Assembly: GCA_964587425.1 (NCBI GenBank)
Contig: CAZPLB010000003.1
Span: 60,763 to 124,762 of the forward strand
Source: an uncultured Gammaproteobacteria bacterium
GTDB taxonomy: Bacteria > Patescibacteriota > Microgenomatia > UBA8517
Direction of reading: 5' to 3'
DNA: 64,000 bases
The notes below the pieces were generated by a model. The model did not search any database. It was given only the letters and a program-made list of their open reading frames with translations, and was not told where the DNA came from. A program made the translations under genes and the position numbers. This document shows positions 37,381-47,652 of this stretch, piece after piece. Positions within the stretch are counted from its first letter, which is position 1. Each line of letters starts with the position of its first letter.

Positions 37381-38487
37381 ATGAAAAGATTTTTGCCAAT
37401 TCTTTTTGTAATAGTTATTATTTCAATAATTGTCTTGAGCTCCAAATCCAATCTTGCCCCAACTCAAACATCTCAACCCCCCACGGCCACAAATTTAACT
37501 GCCAGTAAAATTCCACCAGTAACAGTAATTGCACAGAACCTGAAAATTCCCTGGAGCCTAGTCTTTTTACCAAATGGACAAGAACTTTTCACAACTAGAG
37601 GTGGTGAAGTGAGAAACTTCAAAGGACTAGTTGCAACCGTTCTTGATGTAAAAACTGTTGGAGAAGGGGGATTATTGGGAATTACAGTCCACCCAAACTT
37701 TAATTCAAACCATTTTATATATCTCTACTACACCTATTCTGAAAATGGTGGAAATGTTTTGAATAAAGTTGTCCGTTACAAATTTGAAAATAACCAACTA
37801 ACTGACCCTAAAATAATATTAGATAAAATTCCAGGTTCCAGCAACCACGATGGAGGTAGAATTAAGTTTGGTCCAGATGGAAACCTTTACATTGGAACAG
37901 GAGATGCAGAAGACCCAAGCCAAGCTCAAAACACAAATACTTTGGGTGGAAAAATATTGAGACTAAAAGATGATGGTTCAATTCCCCCAGATAATCCATT
38001 TGGCAATGCAGTCTATTCATATGGCCACAGAAATGTCCAAGGGATAGCCTGGGATGAAAAAGGTCAGTTATGGGCAACCGAACACGGAAGATCTGGAGTC
38101 CAAACAGGTTTTGATGAAGTGAATAAAATATTGAAGGGAGGAAACTTTGGTTGGCCAACAATTCAAGGTGATGAAACCAAAGAAGGTATGATTACTCCAG
38201 TAATTAATTCAGGTGCAGCTACAACCTGGGCACCTTCTGGAATGGCTTACTTCAAGGGTTCATTATTCTTTGCAGGCCTCAGAGGAAGCACACTATATGA
38301 GGCAAAAATAGTAGGAGACAAACTAAATCTTTCAGAACACTTCAAAAATGAGTTTGGAAGATTAAGGGATGTTATCGTAGGACCAGACAACATGTTTTAT
38401 GTTCTAACCAGTAACACAGATGGAAGAGGAACACCAAAATCTGGGGACGACAAAATACTGAAGATTGACCCACTGCAATTAAAATAG
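37381..38487 (+). CDS. Secreted PQQ-type soluble sugar (aldose/sorbosone) dehydrogenase-like beta-propeller
   Basis: 368 aa; N-terminal TM/signal; 'GLLGITVHPNF', 'HDGGRIKFGPDGNLYIGTGD', 'YSYGHRNVQGIAWD..G.LWATEHG' match the YliI/GDH-B family. Confidence 0.7.
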   Translation: MKRFLPILFVIVIISIIVLSSKSNLAPTQTSQPPTATNLTASKIPPVTVIAQNLKIPWSLVFLPNGQELFTTRGGEVRNFKGLVATVLDVKTVGEGGLLGITVHPNFNSNHFIYLYYTYSENGGNVLNKVVRYKFENNQLTDPKIILDKIPGSSNHDGGRIKFGPDGNLYIGTGDAEDPSQAQNTNTLGGKILRLKDDGSIPPDNPFGNAVYSYGHRNVQGIAWDEKGQLWATEHGRSGVQTGFDEVNKILKGGNFGWPTIQGDETKEGMITPVINSGAATTWAPSGMAYFKGSLFFAGLRGSTLYEAKIVGDKLNLSEHFKNEFGRLRDVIVGPDNMFYVLTSNTDGRGTPKSGDDKILKIDPLQLK

Positions 38488-38489
38488 AA

Positions 38490-39464
38490 TCATTTTGCCT
38501 GGTAGTAAACTCCGCGAGTACTTCCTAATTTTCGAATTAACCCGCCCTCCTGCAGCTTCTTTAGGTCATATCGAAGAGTTCTTTCATTCACTTTCATGAA
38601 TCTTCTTTTCAACTGGTCAAAGTTGACTATCTTCTGATCCTTCACAATTCTTAAAAGTTCGGCCCTTCTTGGAAGGAGAAAGTCTGTTGCATCTGTATTT
38701 TGTTTCATCAATACTTGTTCCCGCGCCTCTTTTGCAGTTTCATCAATTGCAGTTAGCATAAATTCAATATAATCAGTCAAATCCTTTTCTGGTTCCTCAA
38801 GTGCCCTGTAGTATTCGCTTCTATGATTATCAAGATACTCTTCAAGTGAAAGAAGCCCTTTCATTCCATACCCGCCTTGTTTTAAAATTCTCTGCAACAG
38901 TAATCTTCCTGTTCTACCATTTCCTTCTTCAAATGGATGAATCTTTTCAAAACTGTAATGAAAAAGTACTGCCTTAATCGGCATTAATCTTTCACGCCCG
39001 GCATTTATATATTTAATGAGTTTTTTCAAAAATAGCGTTACTTGTTTCGGTGGGGGAGGCATATAGATTGCAATTCCAGCACTATTGAAAATTGCCTCCA
39101 TATTGTTTCTCAACTTTCCGCCATCGGGGTGTAGTTCATCAAGTACAATTTTATGAATTTCAAGTATTTCATTTAAACTGACATCCTTCTTTTGATGCCT
39201 ATTTATGAAATTTAATGCTTTCAAAATATTTTGTACTTCAAGTTTTTGCTGCCTTTTGGAAGTCGAATCAAAATCCAAGAGTGTTAGTTCATTTCCCTCA
39301 ATCCTGGCTGAATACAAAGAGCTTCGAAGTGTTGATTGTCGGCGAATATTATTTTCGACTTCAGGTGGAATTGTAATGGAATCAATTACATGCTTTGATG
39401 CTTCAATTGAGGAGAGTAATTCAGAAATTTTGGGAGTGAGCCTATATTTGCCTGGAACCAGCAT
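38490..39464 (-). CDS. fic: Fic-family protein (class II with N-terminal inhibitory helix) plus C-terminal wHTH
   Basis: 324 aa; Fic motif '[12 protein letters not shown]'; inhibitory motif 'SARIEGN' (S/T-x3-E-G/N) upstream. Confidence 0.8.
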   Translation of the reverse strand: MLVPGKYRLTPKISELLSSIEASKHVIDSITIPPEVENNIRRQSTLRSSLYSARIEGNELTLLDFDSTSKRQQKLEVQNILKALNFINRHQKKDVSLNEILEIHKIVLDELHPDGGKLRNNMEAIFNSAGIAIYMPPPPKQVTLFLKKLIKYINAGRERLMPIKAVLFHYSFEKIHPFEEGNGRTGRLLLQRILKQGGYGMKGLLSLEEYLDNHRSEYYRALEEPEKDLTDYIEFMLTAIDETAKEAREQVLMKQNTDATDFLLPRRAELLRIVKDQKIVNFDQLKRRFMKVNERTLRYDLKKLQEGGLIRKLGSTRGVYYQAK

Positions 39465-39523
39465 ATCTAATCTTACCAGATGCTACCAAATTCTGCCAAA
39501 TATTACCAGATACTGTCCTACAG

Positions 39524-40054
39524 TTGACTTCAGAGTACGAAACGAATATTATCTTCATAGTGAAAAGATATTGGTTTTTGATTATTCCAGTTTTAGTTGT
39601 TGCAGCCGTTTTGGTACTAGCCAGAAGCACCCAGAAAAAGGATAATCCAGAAAGTCAGGTAGAAGGGTTGGCAGTGGTTGCAACCAGTACACCTTCAGGA
39701 GAAATAAAAATGGACACACAAACACCATCAAACGAACTAAAAATAGAAGATATTACAGTTGGAACTGGAGATGAAGCAGTCTCAGGAAAGAAAATTACAG
39801 TTAATTACTCAGGAACGCTAACCGATGGAAAGAAATTTGACAGTTCATATGACAGAAATATTCCCTTTAGTTTCACTCTCGGAGCAGGGGAAGTAATCCA
39901 AGGATGGGATCAAGGATTTAATGGTATGAAAGTTGGAGGAAAAAGAAAGTTAACAATACCAGCAAGTTTAGGATATGGTTCAGCAGGAGCTCCTCCAGTT
40001 ATTCCAGGAAACGCAACTTTAATATTTGAAGTAGAACTTCTAAAAGTAGAATAG
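39524..40054 (+). CDS. Membrane-anchored FKBP-type peptidyl-prolyl cis-trans isomerase
   Basis: 176 aa; TM anchor; FKBP domain '[54 protein letters not shown]'. Confidence 0.8.
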   Translation: MTSEYETNIIFIVKRYWFLIIPVLVVAAVLVLARSTQKKDNPESQVEGLAVVATSTPSGEIKMDTQTPSNELKIEDITVGTGDEAVSGKKITVNYSGTLTDGKKFDSSYDRNIPFSFTLGAGEVIQGWDQGFNGMKVGGKRKLTIPASLGYGSAGAPPVIPGNATLIFEVELLKVE

Positions 40055-40231
40055 TTATATGATCGAAGCTCTTTGGAGAATAAATGCCTGGACACCAAAC
40101 GAAGTCTTTTGTGTTGAGGCAGCTGCTTTAGAAGAAGGGTACGAAGTTTACGAAGACGAGGGAGAAGTTCTTATATTAACTTCTGACGGTAAGGATGGCG
40201 CAACTTTTTTCTCTACTGTCTACAAAATGAT

Positions 40232-41428
40232 TCAGGAATCTCTCTTAACTAAGACAAACATTGCAATAGACCCGGCCACTGCAAATATACTTCCAAAGAT
40301 AAATACAGCCGGGTGGCCAATTTTGTCCCACACCTGACCTGCAATTATTGAAGCAAACAAACTCGTTAAACCAACGGTTGCAGAGTACCACCCTATCCCG
40401 CTTGCACGAAGACCAAAAGGAACCAAATCAGAAGCAAGTGCCTTTCCAACTCCTCTGAAGATTCCCTGATAAACTCCATACAAAATAAAAAGAAAGGCAA
40501 TTACAAAATAACTACGTGTTAAGGCAAAACCCAAATAGCTAATGAAAAAGATAAGGAAAGAAAATATCAAAATATTCTTTCTACCAAATTTATCAGACAA
40601 AGCCCCAGATGGATATGAGACAAGTGCCGCAGCTAAATTAAAAAATGCATAAATAAATATTGTTGTTTGTAAACTTATTCCAATATCCCGGGTTGCAAGA
40701 ATTAAAAAAGAACTGCTGGAAGCTCCAATTCCAAAGACAGCAGTAGCAAGTAAATATTTCCAATAACTTTTACCAAATGATCGAAACTTAACATTCAATT
40801 TTGTCTTTTCAATCTGTACACTTTTTCTTTCCCTCACTAAAATTATTGCAGCCACAGAAAGAAGACCTGGAATGAGTGCGATGTAAAAAATATTCCTAAT
40901 CGGAATTTTCAAAGAAAAAAGAAGAAAAATCGCAAACAATGGTCCAAGAAACGCTCCCAAGTTATCTCCAATCCCTTCCAACCCAAATGCCTTTCCTTTA
41001 TCTTTCTCATCAACTGAACCTGCAATCAAAGCATCGCGTGGAGCAGACCTTGTTCCAGTTCCTAGCCTATCTAGAAATCTAATTCCAAGTACCTGCTGCC
41101 AGATAGTTGAAAAACCAATTAAAGGTTTACTTAAAGCGCTAATCAGATACCCAACAATCGCCAGGTATTTCCTTCTTTGTATTTTGTCAGAAATATATCC
41201 GGCAAAACCCTGAACTATGTTTTGTGTAGCATTCGCTATTCCTTCAACTAATCCAACAATTGCTCCATTAGCCCGAAGTGTCTGGGTTAAAAAGATTGGG
41301 AGGATAGGGTAGAGCATCTCGGTCGCAATATCTGCAAACAAAGAAACCGATGCAAGAAGGAAAGTGTCGCGGGTAACTCCCGAGAAATATTTAGATAATT
41401 TTGTAGCCGGCTTTTTCAACAACATCAT
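40232..41428 (-). CDS. MFS transporter
   Basis: 398 aa, 12 TM. The start may lie at a downstream Met because the ORF overlaps the copZ 3' end by 38 nt. Confidence 0.7.
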   Translation of the reverse strand: MMLLKKPATKLSKYFSGVTRDTFLLASVSLFADIATEMLYPILPIFLTQTLRANGAIVGLVEGIANATQNIVQGFAGYISDKIQRRKYLAIVGYLISALSKPLIGFSTIWQQVLGIRFLDRLGTGTRSAPRDALIAGSVDEKDKGKAFGLEGIGDNLGAFLGPLFAIFLLFSLKIPIRNIFYIALIPGLLSVAAIILVRERKSVQIEKTKLNVKFRSFGKSYWKYLLATAVFGIGASSSSFLILATRDIGISLQTTIFIYAFFNLAAALVSYPSGALSDKFGRKNILIFSFLIFFISYLGFALTRSYFVIAFLFILYGVYQGIFRGVGKALASDLVPFGLRASGIGWYSATVGLTSLFASIIAGQVWDKIGHPAVFIFGSIFAVAGSIAMFVLVKRDS

Positions 41429-41585
41429 TAATTACTTTCTCATTTATATTAGCACCTTCAACTTCCAAAGTTTCCTTTGCATAATTGCATTTTGCCTTAA
41501 TCCCGACATCCTCTAAATCGCTTTCAATCATCATCGCGCAGCTTGTGCAATCCATCCCCTGTATTTTATATGTTTTCATATTCAT
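41391..41585 (-). CDS. copZ: Copper chaperone CopZ (HMA domain)
   Basis: 64 aa; 'GMDCTSCAMMIE' metal-binding loop (GMxCxxC). Confidence 0.8.
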   Translation of the reverse strand: MNMKTYKIQGMDCTSCAMMIESDLEDVGIKAKCNYAKETLEVEGANINEKVINDVVEKAGYKII

Positions 41586-42599
41586 CTAATTAATAACAGT
41601 AAACTGGCCGTTGTACATTCCCATACCGCAAGTGTAGGGAAGTTGCCCGATTTCTTTTGGAGTAAATTCAATTTCAGTGCTGCCGTTTTGCGGAAGTATC
41701 TTTGAAACGTTTAATTTTGGAATTAAGAAACTTCTTGCACAGCTTTGTACGTTGTTTGAAATGAGGGTAAGTTTAACTGGAACGCCAACTTTAATAGCCC
41801 CGCTTGGCTTTGAATATCCGCTTGAAGCTACGTCTATTGTTACTTCCTGTTTACCCTCGGAATCTAATTGTGCAGCAGCACCTGCAACCGCAGGTCTGTT
41901 TGTATTCGAAAAAATGGTGCCGATAGCTGTACCGTAGTTTTGTAGAGTATGAGGAGAACCTCTTAATACCTGACCCGAATTCATTGAAAGAACCCCAAGA
42001 ATAAATATCACAAAGGAGGCTGGATAGATGAAAGCCTTTTTCTTCAATAGAGTAAGTGCCGTCACGCCAAGAGTGAAAAATACTGGACTTGTACCCAAGG
42101 TAAAGGCAAACATAAGAAGCGCGCCGTTAAAAGCACTTCCACTTCCAACAGAAAGAACCATCATGGCTTGTGTCACTCCGCATGGAATTAAAACTGTCAT
42201 CGTTCCCAAAATTCCCGGGGTAAAAAATTGAGCCCTTTTGGTTTTATTCTTCATTAATTTATACAGAAACTTTGGCGGTTGAATTACAAAATATCTAAAA
42301 ATTGGATGGAGATTTAAAAGACGTCCTACAGTTCCAAGCATGAAAATACCCACAAAAATCTGAAACCATCCTTGCAGGGCGGGGGAGATAATAAACTTTG
42401 CTCCCAGGTACCCCAAGAGCCCTCCAAGAAGGGTGTAGGCGAGTATTTTAAAAAAGAGAAAAACACTAACGCCAATAAATCTGTCGTTTTTAGTTGCATT
42501 ATTGGTGAGGGATGATGCCAACAACCCCCCCTGCACTGCCATGCAGGAAATCCCACCAGTAGTTAATCCAGTTAGAAAAGCTAGCCAAATTTGATTCAT
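41586..42599 (-). CDS. DsbD_2/CcdA-like membrane domain fused to a C-terminal cupredoxin-like domain
   Basis: 337 aa; TM1 'GGISCMAVQGG' and TM4 'LIPCGVTQAMM' cysteines as in DsbD_2 permeases; C-terminal 'TCGMGMYNGQFTVIN' is paralogous to the 117-aa gene at 42969-43322. Confidence 0.6.
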   Translation of the reverse strand: MNQIWLAFLTGLTTGGISCMAVQGGLLASSLTNNATKNDRFIGVSVFLFFKILAYTLLGGLLGYLGAKFIISPALQGWFQIFVGIFMLGTVGRLLNLHPIFRYFVIQPPKFLYKLMKNKTKRAQFFTPGILGTMTVLIPCGVTQAMMVLSVGSGSAFNGALLMFAFTLGTSPVFFTLGVTALTLLKKKAFIYPASFVIFILGVLSMNSGQVLRGSPHTLQNYGTAIGTIFSNTNRPAVAGAAAQLDSEGKQEVTIDVASSGYSKPSGAIKVGVPVKLTLISNNVQSCARSFLIPKLNVSKILPQNGSTEIEFTPKEIGQLPYTCGMGMYNGQFTVIN

Positions 42600-42610
42600 A
42601 ATTTAAGCTC

Positions 42611-42663
42611 TTGACATTAGGATAAATGTTTATTATAGTGTTGTCAATCCCCCCCTCGGGGAT
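42611..42663 (+). promoter_or_regulatory. csoR promoter (TTGACA-17-TATAGT) with GC-rich operator palindrome ATCCCC-N5-GGGGAT
   Basis: TTGACA 42611-42616, 17-nt spacer, TATAGT 42634-42639. Palindrome 42647-42663 lies between the -10 and the csoR ATG (42697), overlaps a minus-strand TTGACA (42642-42647), and resembles known CsoR operators (GC-rich arms, 5-bp spacer). Confidence 0.5.
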
Positions 42664-42696
42664 AAACAAGTTAGTGATTACATTTAAAAATAAAAT

Positions 42697-42975
42697 ATGC
42701 CAAAAGGAATACCAAGAGACAAATCGTTGCAAAGAACCATAATCCATAGACTTAAGATTGCAGAAGGGCACTTGAAAAAAGTGACGAAAATGACCGAGAA
42801 TGGTGAATACTGCATGGATGTAATTAATCAATCGCTTGCAGTACAAATGGCACTTAAAAAAGTGGATGAATTAATCTTGAAAAATCATTTGCAAACTTGT
42901 GTAAGAGATTCGGTTAAAAAGGGCGGAACTGAAGAAAGTATTGAAGAAATTATTGGAGTAATAGAAAGATGGTAA
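42697..42975 (+). CDS. csoR: Copper-sensing repressor CsoR (CsoR/RcnR family)
   Basis: 92 aa; 'RL.I.EGHL..V' helix and Cu ligands in 'YCMDVINQ...HLQTC' (C-H-C pattern). Confidence 0.75.
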   Translation: MPKGIPRDKSLQRTIIHRLKIAEGHLKKVTKMTENGEYCMDVINQSLAVQMALKKVDELILKNHLQTCVRDSVKKGGTEESIEEIIGVIERW

Positions 42976-43322
42976 TTGAAAAAATAATTGTATCGACTGG
43001 AGGGTTATTGCTAATAGGTTTTATATATTGGTTCTTTTTTGGAAAAAAAGAAAAAGCAGTTGAAGGAAACACTCAAATCATAGTTGAAGGCGGCTATAAG
43101 CCGTCAATAATAAAAATAAAGAAGGGTGTAAAAACAACCCTGACTTTTACTCGCCGCGACCCGAATTCGTGTTTGGAAGAAGTAGTAATACCGGCATTTA
43201 AAGTGAAAAAGTATCTGCCAATCAATACACCTGTCAATATAGAAATTATAGGTAAAGAAACTGGAGAGTTTGGGTTTAGATGCGGGATGGGGATGTTTAG
43301 CGGGAAAATAATCATTGATTAA
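42969..43322 (+). CDS. Membrane-anchored cupredoxin-like protein (Cupredoxin_1-like)
   Basis: 117 aa; TM anchor; 'IIVEGGYKPSIIKIKKGV...NSC...FRCGMGMFSGKIIID'. Confidence 0.6.
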   Translation: MVIEKIIVSTGGLLLIGFIYWFFFGKKEKAVEGNTQIIVEGGYKPSIIKIKKGVKTTLTFTRRDPNSCLEEVVIPAFKVKKYLPINTPVNIEIIGKETGEFGFRCGMGMFSGKIIID

Positions 43323-43350
43323 TTTAATGATTATTAACTTTTAAAAAAAT

Positions 43351-45501
43351 ATGGCAAAAAAATCTTTTCCAATCATAGGAATGCACTGCGCGAGCTGTGC
43401 AAGGTTAATTGAAAAAAAATTAACAAAGACAAACGGTGTAGTTTCTGCAAATGTTAACTATGGAAGTGAAACTGCAACAGTTGAATACGATGATTCAGTA
43501 ATTGCTGAAGAGGAACTAGTAGAGGCAGTAAAAGAAACGGGATACCAGTTAATTCATTCAAGTGGAGAACACGACAAAAGTGCAGATGTGATTAAAGAGG
43601 AAGCAAAGAAAAAAGAACTTGAGGATTTGAGATTGAAAGTAGTAGTTTCAGGGATATTATCAGTAATAATTTTTATTGGAAGTTTCCCTGAATGGTTCAC
43701 TTTTGTTCCCAGTCTCTTAAGTGATCCATTAACGCTTCTTGTCCTATCTATTCCTGTTCAGTTTTGGGCAGGGCTCTCATTTTTTAAAGCAACAATTTCA
43801 GGACTAAAAAACAGAACTGCTAGTATGGATACCCTCATAGCGATAGGTACTTCAGCTGCATTTTTCTATTCAGTGCTTTCTATTTTTGGTTTCACCAAAG
43901 GAACATATTTTGACACAGCTGCAGTAATTATCGCTCTCATTCTTCTGGGAAGGTACTTAGAAGCGAGAGCGAAACTTCATACATCTGATGCCATTAAAAA
44001 ATTGATTGGACTTCAAGCAAAAACTGCACGCGTGATTCGAAACGGGCAAGATTTAGATATACCAATTGAAGAAGTAAGAGAAGGAGATGAAATTAGAGTA
44101 AGGCCAGGAGAAAAAATAGCAGTAGATGGGGTAATCATTGAAGGAAATACTTCAATAGATGAATCTATGGTAACAGGTGAATCAATCCCAGTCGAAAAAA
44201 TGAAAGGAGACACAGTAATTGGCAGCACCATGAATAAAAATGGAACATTAATTTTCAAAGCAACAAAAGTAGGAGCTGACACAATGCTCTCCCAAATTGT
44301 GAAGCTTGTTGAGTCTGCTCAATCGTCCCGTGCTCCCATACAGCGCCTTGCTGATGCTGTTTCTTCCTACTTTGTTCCAGTTGTCCTGATGCTTGCAGTT
44401 GCAACTTTTGTAATTTGGTTTGACTTCAATACTCCAATAAATGCATTCGTTAACATGGTTGCAGTTCTAATAATAGCTTGCCCATGTGCCATGGGACTGG
44501 CCACTCCTACTGCAATAATGGTTGGGACGGGAAAAGGAGCAGAGAAAGGAATACTGGTTAAAGATGCACAAAGTTTGGAAGTTGCAAGTAGAGTCAAATC
44601 TATTATTTTTGACAAAACAGGAACTCTCACAGAAGGAAAGCCAAAAGTAACAGACATTACAAATTTGGAGGTATTGAAAATTGCAGCCAGTTTGGAAGTT
44701 GGATCAGAACACCCGCTTGCTGAAGCTATCGTTAATTATGCAAAAGAAAAAGGTGTAAATATGGAAAAGGTTGATGAATTTCAATCAATTACAGGTCAAG
44801 GGGTTGAAGGAAAAATAAACGGCAAAAAGTATTTCTTCGGGAAGCACACTGAAAAAAGTGAAGACGTGAAGGAGATGGAAAAAAAGGGGAAAACAGTAAT
44901 AACGCTTCTTGAAGAAAATCAGATGTTAGGAACAATAGCTGTAGCTGATACACCAAAGGATGGAGTAGGCGAGGTTATACAAAAACTTCAGGAAAGTAAA
45001 ATCAATGTTTGGATGATAACTGGGGATAATAGGGCAACTGCAGAAGGAATTGCCAAAACAATTGGAATTAAAAATATAATGGCAGAGGTTCTTCCAGGTG
45101 AAAAGGCAGAGAAGGTAAATGAATTAAAGTCGATGGGAATTAAAGTAGCGTTCGTTGGGGACGGCGTCAATGATGCACCGGCATTGGCAGCTGCAGATGT
45201 TGGAATAGCAATGGGAACTGGCACTGATGTAGCAATAGAGGCAGCAGGCATTACACTTCTAAATAAAGATATTAGATCGGTTCTTTCAGCATTTAAATTA
45301 AGTAAAAGCACCTTAGCAGTTATAAGGCAAAATCTCTTTTGGGCATTTGGCTACAACATTATTTTAATCCCAGTTGCAGCAGGTATTCTTTACCCTTTCA
45401 CAGGATGGCTACTAAATCCTGCTATAGCAGCCGGAGCCATGGCACTGTCATCATTATCAGTAGTTACAAATTCATTAAGGCTAAAAAGTTTGAAGATATA
45501 G
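43351..45501 (+). CDS. copA: Copper-translocating P1B-type ATPase
   Basis: 716 aa; N-terminal HMA 'GMHCASCA', TM 'CPC' ([13 protein letters not shown]), 'DKTGTLT', '[10 protein letters not shown]'. Confidence 0.9.
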   Translation: MAKKSFPIIGMHCASCARLIEKKLTKTNGVVSANVNYGSETATVEYDDSVIAEEELVEAVKETGYQLIHSSGEHDKSADVIKEEAKKKELEDLRLKVVVSGILSVIIFIGSFPEWFTFVPSLLSDPLTLLVLSIPVQFWAGLSFFKATISGLKNRTASMDTLIAIGTSAAFFYSVLSIFGFTKGTYFDTAAVIIALILLGRYLEARAKLHTSDAIKKLIGLQAKTARVIRNGQDLDIPIEEVREGDEIRVRPGEKIAVDGVIIEGNTSIDESMVTGESIPVEKMKGDTVIGSTMNKNGTLIFKATKVGADTMLSQIVKLVESAQSSRAPIQRLADAVSSYFVPVVLMLAVATFVIWFDFNTPINAFVNMVAVLIIACPCAMGLATPTAIMVGTGKGAEKGILVKDAQSLEVASRVKSIIFDKTGTLTEGKPKVTDITNLEVLKIAASLEVGSEHPLAEAIVNYAKEKGVNMEKVDEFQSITGQGVEGKINGKKYFFGKHTEKSEDVKEMEKKGKTVITLLEENQMLGTIAVADTPKDGVGEVIQKLQESKINVWMITGDNRATAEGIAKTIGIKNIMAEVLPGEKAEKVNELKSMGIKVAFVGDGVNDAPALAAADVGIAMGTGTDVAIEAAGITLLNKDIRSVLSAFKLSKSTLAVIRQNLFWAFGYNIILIPVAAGILYPFTGWLLNPAIAAGAMALSSLSVVTNSLRLKSLKI

Positions 45502-45538
45502 ACTTGACATTCAATAAGCAAAGCTTCAATATTCAAAT

Positions 45539-46168
45539 ATGTCAGGAGAATTTCTAGTTTTCTCAAAGGACGGAAAAGATCTTCATATAACTGCACATCA
45601 TGCAAACGGCGTCACAAATAAGAGGTTCATGCATGAAGAAGAAAAAGAAGCAATAAGAAGAACCTTAGGATTACCAGAGAAGGATGGGGTCTTCATGAGT
45701 ATTCCAGATAGAGATTACCTCAAAGTAATGACCACTCAAGAAGAGAGGGACGGATGGCTAGAAGCCTGGGGAGGATTAACTCCAACAGAAAAATTAGTTT
45801 ACGCCACCAATCACTACAGAATTAATTCATATCGTGAGGTAGCAGAAAGTCTTGGCTTCACTGACATAGAAGAAATACGAATTGGAATATGCGGTTCAGA
45901 GAACGTGGTGATAACTCACCGTTCGGAACAATTTCAAGGAATACTCAAGGAAGTCGAGGCAAAGATGACTATTGAATTGATTGAAAAAGGAATTTTTCCG
46001 GAATTAGATCTACCTTGGAAATTGAGAAAGAGGATGGTTAATATAGAAAGCGCTGTTATGGATTCAGTCATAGAAAACCTAGATGAACCGTCAGTTAACT
46101 CGGCCGAATGGAGCGAATGGTACAATAAAACACAGGAAACGTTTTATAACTACCTTCTCAGCCAATAA
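45539..46168 (+). CDS. Hypothetical protein
   Basis: 209-aa ORF with no domain recognised. Confidence 0.45.
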   Translation: MSGEFLVFSKDGKDLHITAHHANGVTNKRFMHEEEKEAIRRTLGLPEKDGVFMSIPDRDYLKVMTTQEERDGWLEAWGGLTPTEKLVYATNHYRINSYREVAESLGFTDIEEIRIGICGSENVVITHRSEQFQGILKEVEAKMTIELIEKGIFPELDLPWKLRKRMVNIESAVMDSVIENLDEPSVNSAEWSEWYNKTQETFYNYLLSQ

Positions 46169-46171
46169 TTT

Positions 46172-46477
46172 ATGAAAACAAAGGGTCTAATTCAAGCACT
46201 AGGAGTGGCACTATACTGCACAATAGTAGGCACATTTATGTTTAATGTAGGAAAAATCCTAGGAAATGATAATAACCAAAATTTTTTTGGACCAATTGCA
46301 TTCCTTCTTCTTTTTAGCACCTCAGCCTTAATTTGTTCACTTATAGTTTTCTACAAGCCTTACTTGTTATTCTTTTCAAACAAGAAAAAAGAAGCAATTA
46401 ATTTAGTAGTTTCAACAGCTTCTTGGCTCTTCATCTTTTTTCTAGTGTTCATCTCGCTTGCAATTATCCTCAGATAA
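46172..46477 (+). CDS. Small hypothetical membrane protein
   Basis: 101 aa, 3 predicted TM helices. Confidence 0.4.
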   Translation: MKTKGLIQALGVALYCTIVGTFMFNVGKILGNDNNQNFFGPIAFLLLFSTSALICSLIVFYKPYLLFFSNKKKEAINLVVSTASWLFIFFLVFISLAIILR

Positions 46478-46494
46478 AGTGGTATATTAAAACC

Positions 46495-46725
46495 ATGTCA
46501 GATACTACAATGCTTCAATCAATAGTAAGTTCAATTGCTTTAATGCGCCAAGAGATGAAAGATGGATTCAAAAAGGTGAATGAAAAGATAGATAAAGTCG
46601 ATAAAAGAGTGGACAACCTAGGAAAATCACTCGCATATCTTGAAGATGATGCACCAACTCGTGGTGAGCACACAAAACTTGAAAAACGGGTTACCAAGTT
46701 AGAACAAATCACAGCTCCAGTATAA
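46495..46725 (+). CDS. Small coiled-coil hypothetical protein
   Basis: 76 aa from the ATG at 46495; heptad-like 'KKVNEKIDKVDKRVDNLGKSLAYLEDD'. Confidence 0.35.
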   Translation: MSDTTMLQSIVSSIALMRQEMKDGFKKVNEKIDKVDKRVDNLGKSLAYLEDDAPTRGEHTKLEKRVTKLEQITAPV

Positions 46726-46752
46726 GATTACTTCCAGTTTCAAAAATAATCT

Positions 46753-47571
46753 TTATTTATCTTCTTTGTTTTCTTCAGTAGGTTCGTTACATGCTTTTAT
46801 GAGTGAATATCCCAAAGAAGTTAATTGCACTGAATTCTCGGATAGACTTCTACTTCGTCGTTCTGTCTCTAAATAACGGGAAACTTCTCTTAAAATTCTA
46901 TTTTCACCATCGTAAGTAGTAGTTACCACAGAAGTTCCACCAGTACCGAAATTCAAGAGTCCAGTACCAAAACCGATAGACGTCGCTGTTGCATAATGTA
47001 TAGGTGGATTTGTTATGAGTCTCAAACGATATAAATTGTCTACAACAGTCTGATAGTCACTGTTGTTTTCCTTAAGTTTGCTTATCACAATTCGAAGAGA
47101 AATTGAATAATGAGCCGGATCTGCTCGTCCTTTCTCTTTCATACCGGAATGTATCATGTCTAGAACCAATGCTTCAGAGGGGGTGAGTTCTTTCAATATG
47201 GAAACATAAATTGTTTTCGCGCTAGAATTGTTAGCTGCTGCATTAGCCAAGAGATTAGCCCACATCTTTTGCATTGTTTCATTTTCTTGTAGTGAAGCTT
47301 GTTCGATAAATGGAACTTCAAAAGCAATTGGTAATTTAGCCGAAAGTTCTGGTAAATTATATTTTTCTGAAATTTCATTTGCCTCTTTTGTTATCTTGAT
47401 AAAGTTTTTCCAACGGGCAAATTTTGCATTATCACTTAGTATGCCCATTGTTTCCTTAACAAAACCTGGAACTACTGAATTAAAAAATTTACCAACCATA
47501 CGCATCTCTGATTGTTCTATTTCCATTTCACCGCTACCCAGATTGTTGGGAAGAGATAGCTTTGTTCTCAT
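46753..47571 (-). CDS. Abi-alpha-like (DUF4393) putative abortive-infection protein
   Basis: 272 aa; 'MQKMWANLLANAAANNSSAK' matches the hallmark W-A-N-L-L-A-N-A region of Abi-alpha family proteins. Confidence 0.5.
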   Translation of the reverse strand: MRTKLSLPNNLGSGEMEIEQSEMRMVGKFFNSVVPGFVKETMGILSDNAKFARWKNFIKITKEANEISEKYNLPELSAKLPIAFEVPFIEQASLQENETMQKMWANLLANAAANNSSAKTIYVSILKELTPSEALVLDMIHSGMKEKGRADPAHYSISLRIVISKLKENNSDYQTVVDNLYRLRLITNPPIHYATATSIGFGTGLLNFGTGGTSVVTTTYDGENRILREVSRYLETERRSRSLSENSVQLTSLGYSLIKACNEPTEENKEDK

Positions 47572-47652
47572 GTATACGATTATATACTTTTTGGAACATC
47601 TTATAGAGCAACTCTGATTGACCTGTAATCTTTTCTGTCCTAAAATACAATC

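Noticed and set aside
40059-40337. 92-aa plus-strand ORF after the FKBP gene
   Set aside because: Its second half overlaps the well-supported minus-strand MFS transporter, and it has no recognisable features; probably spurious or at most a much shorter peptide.
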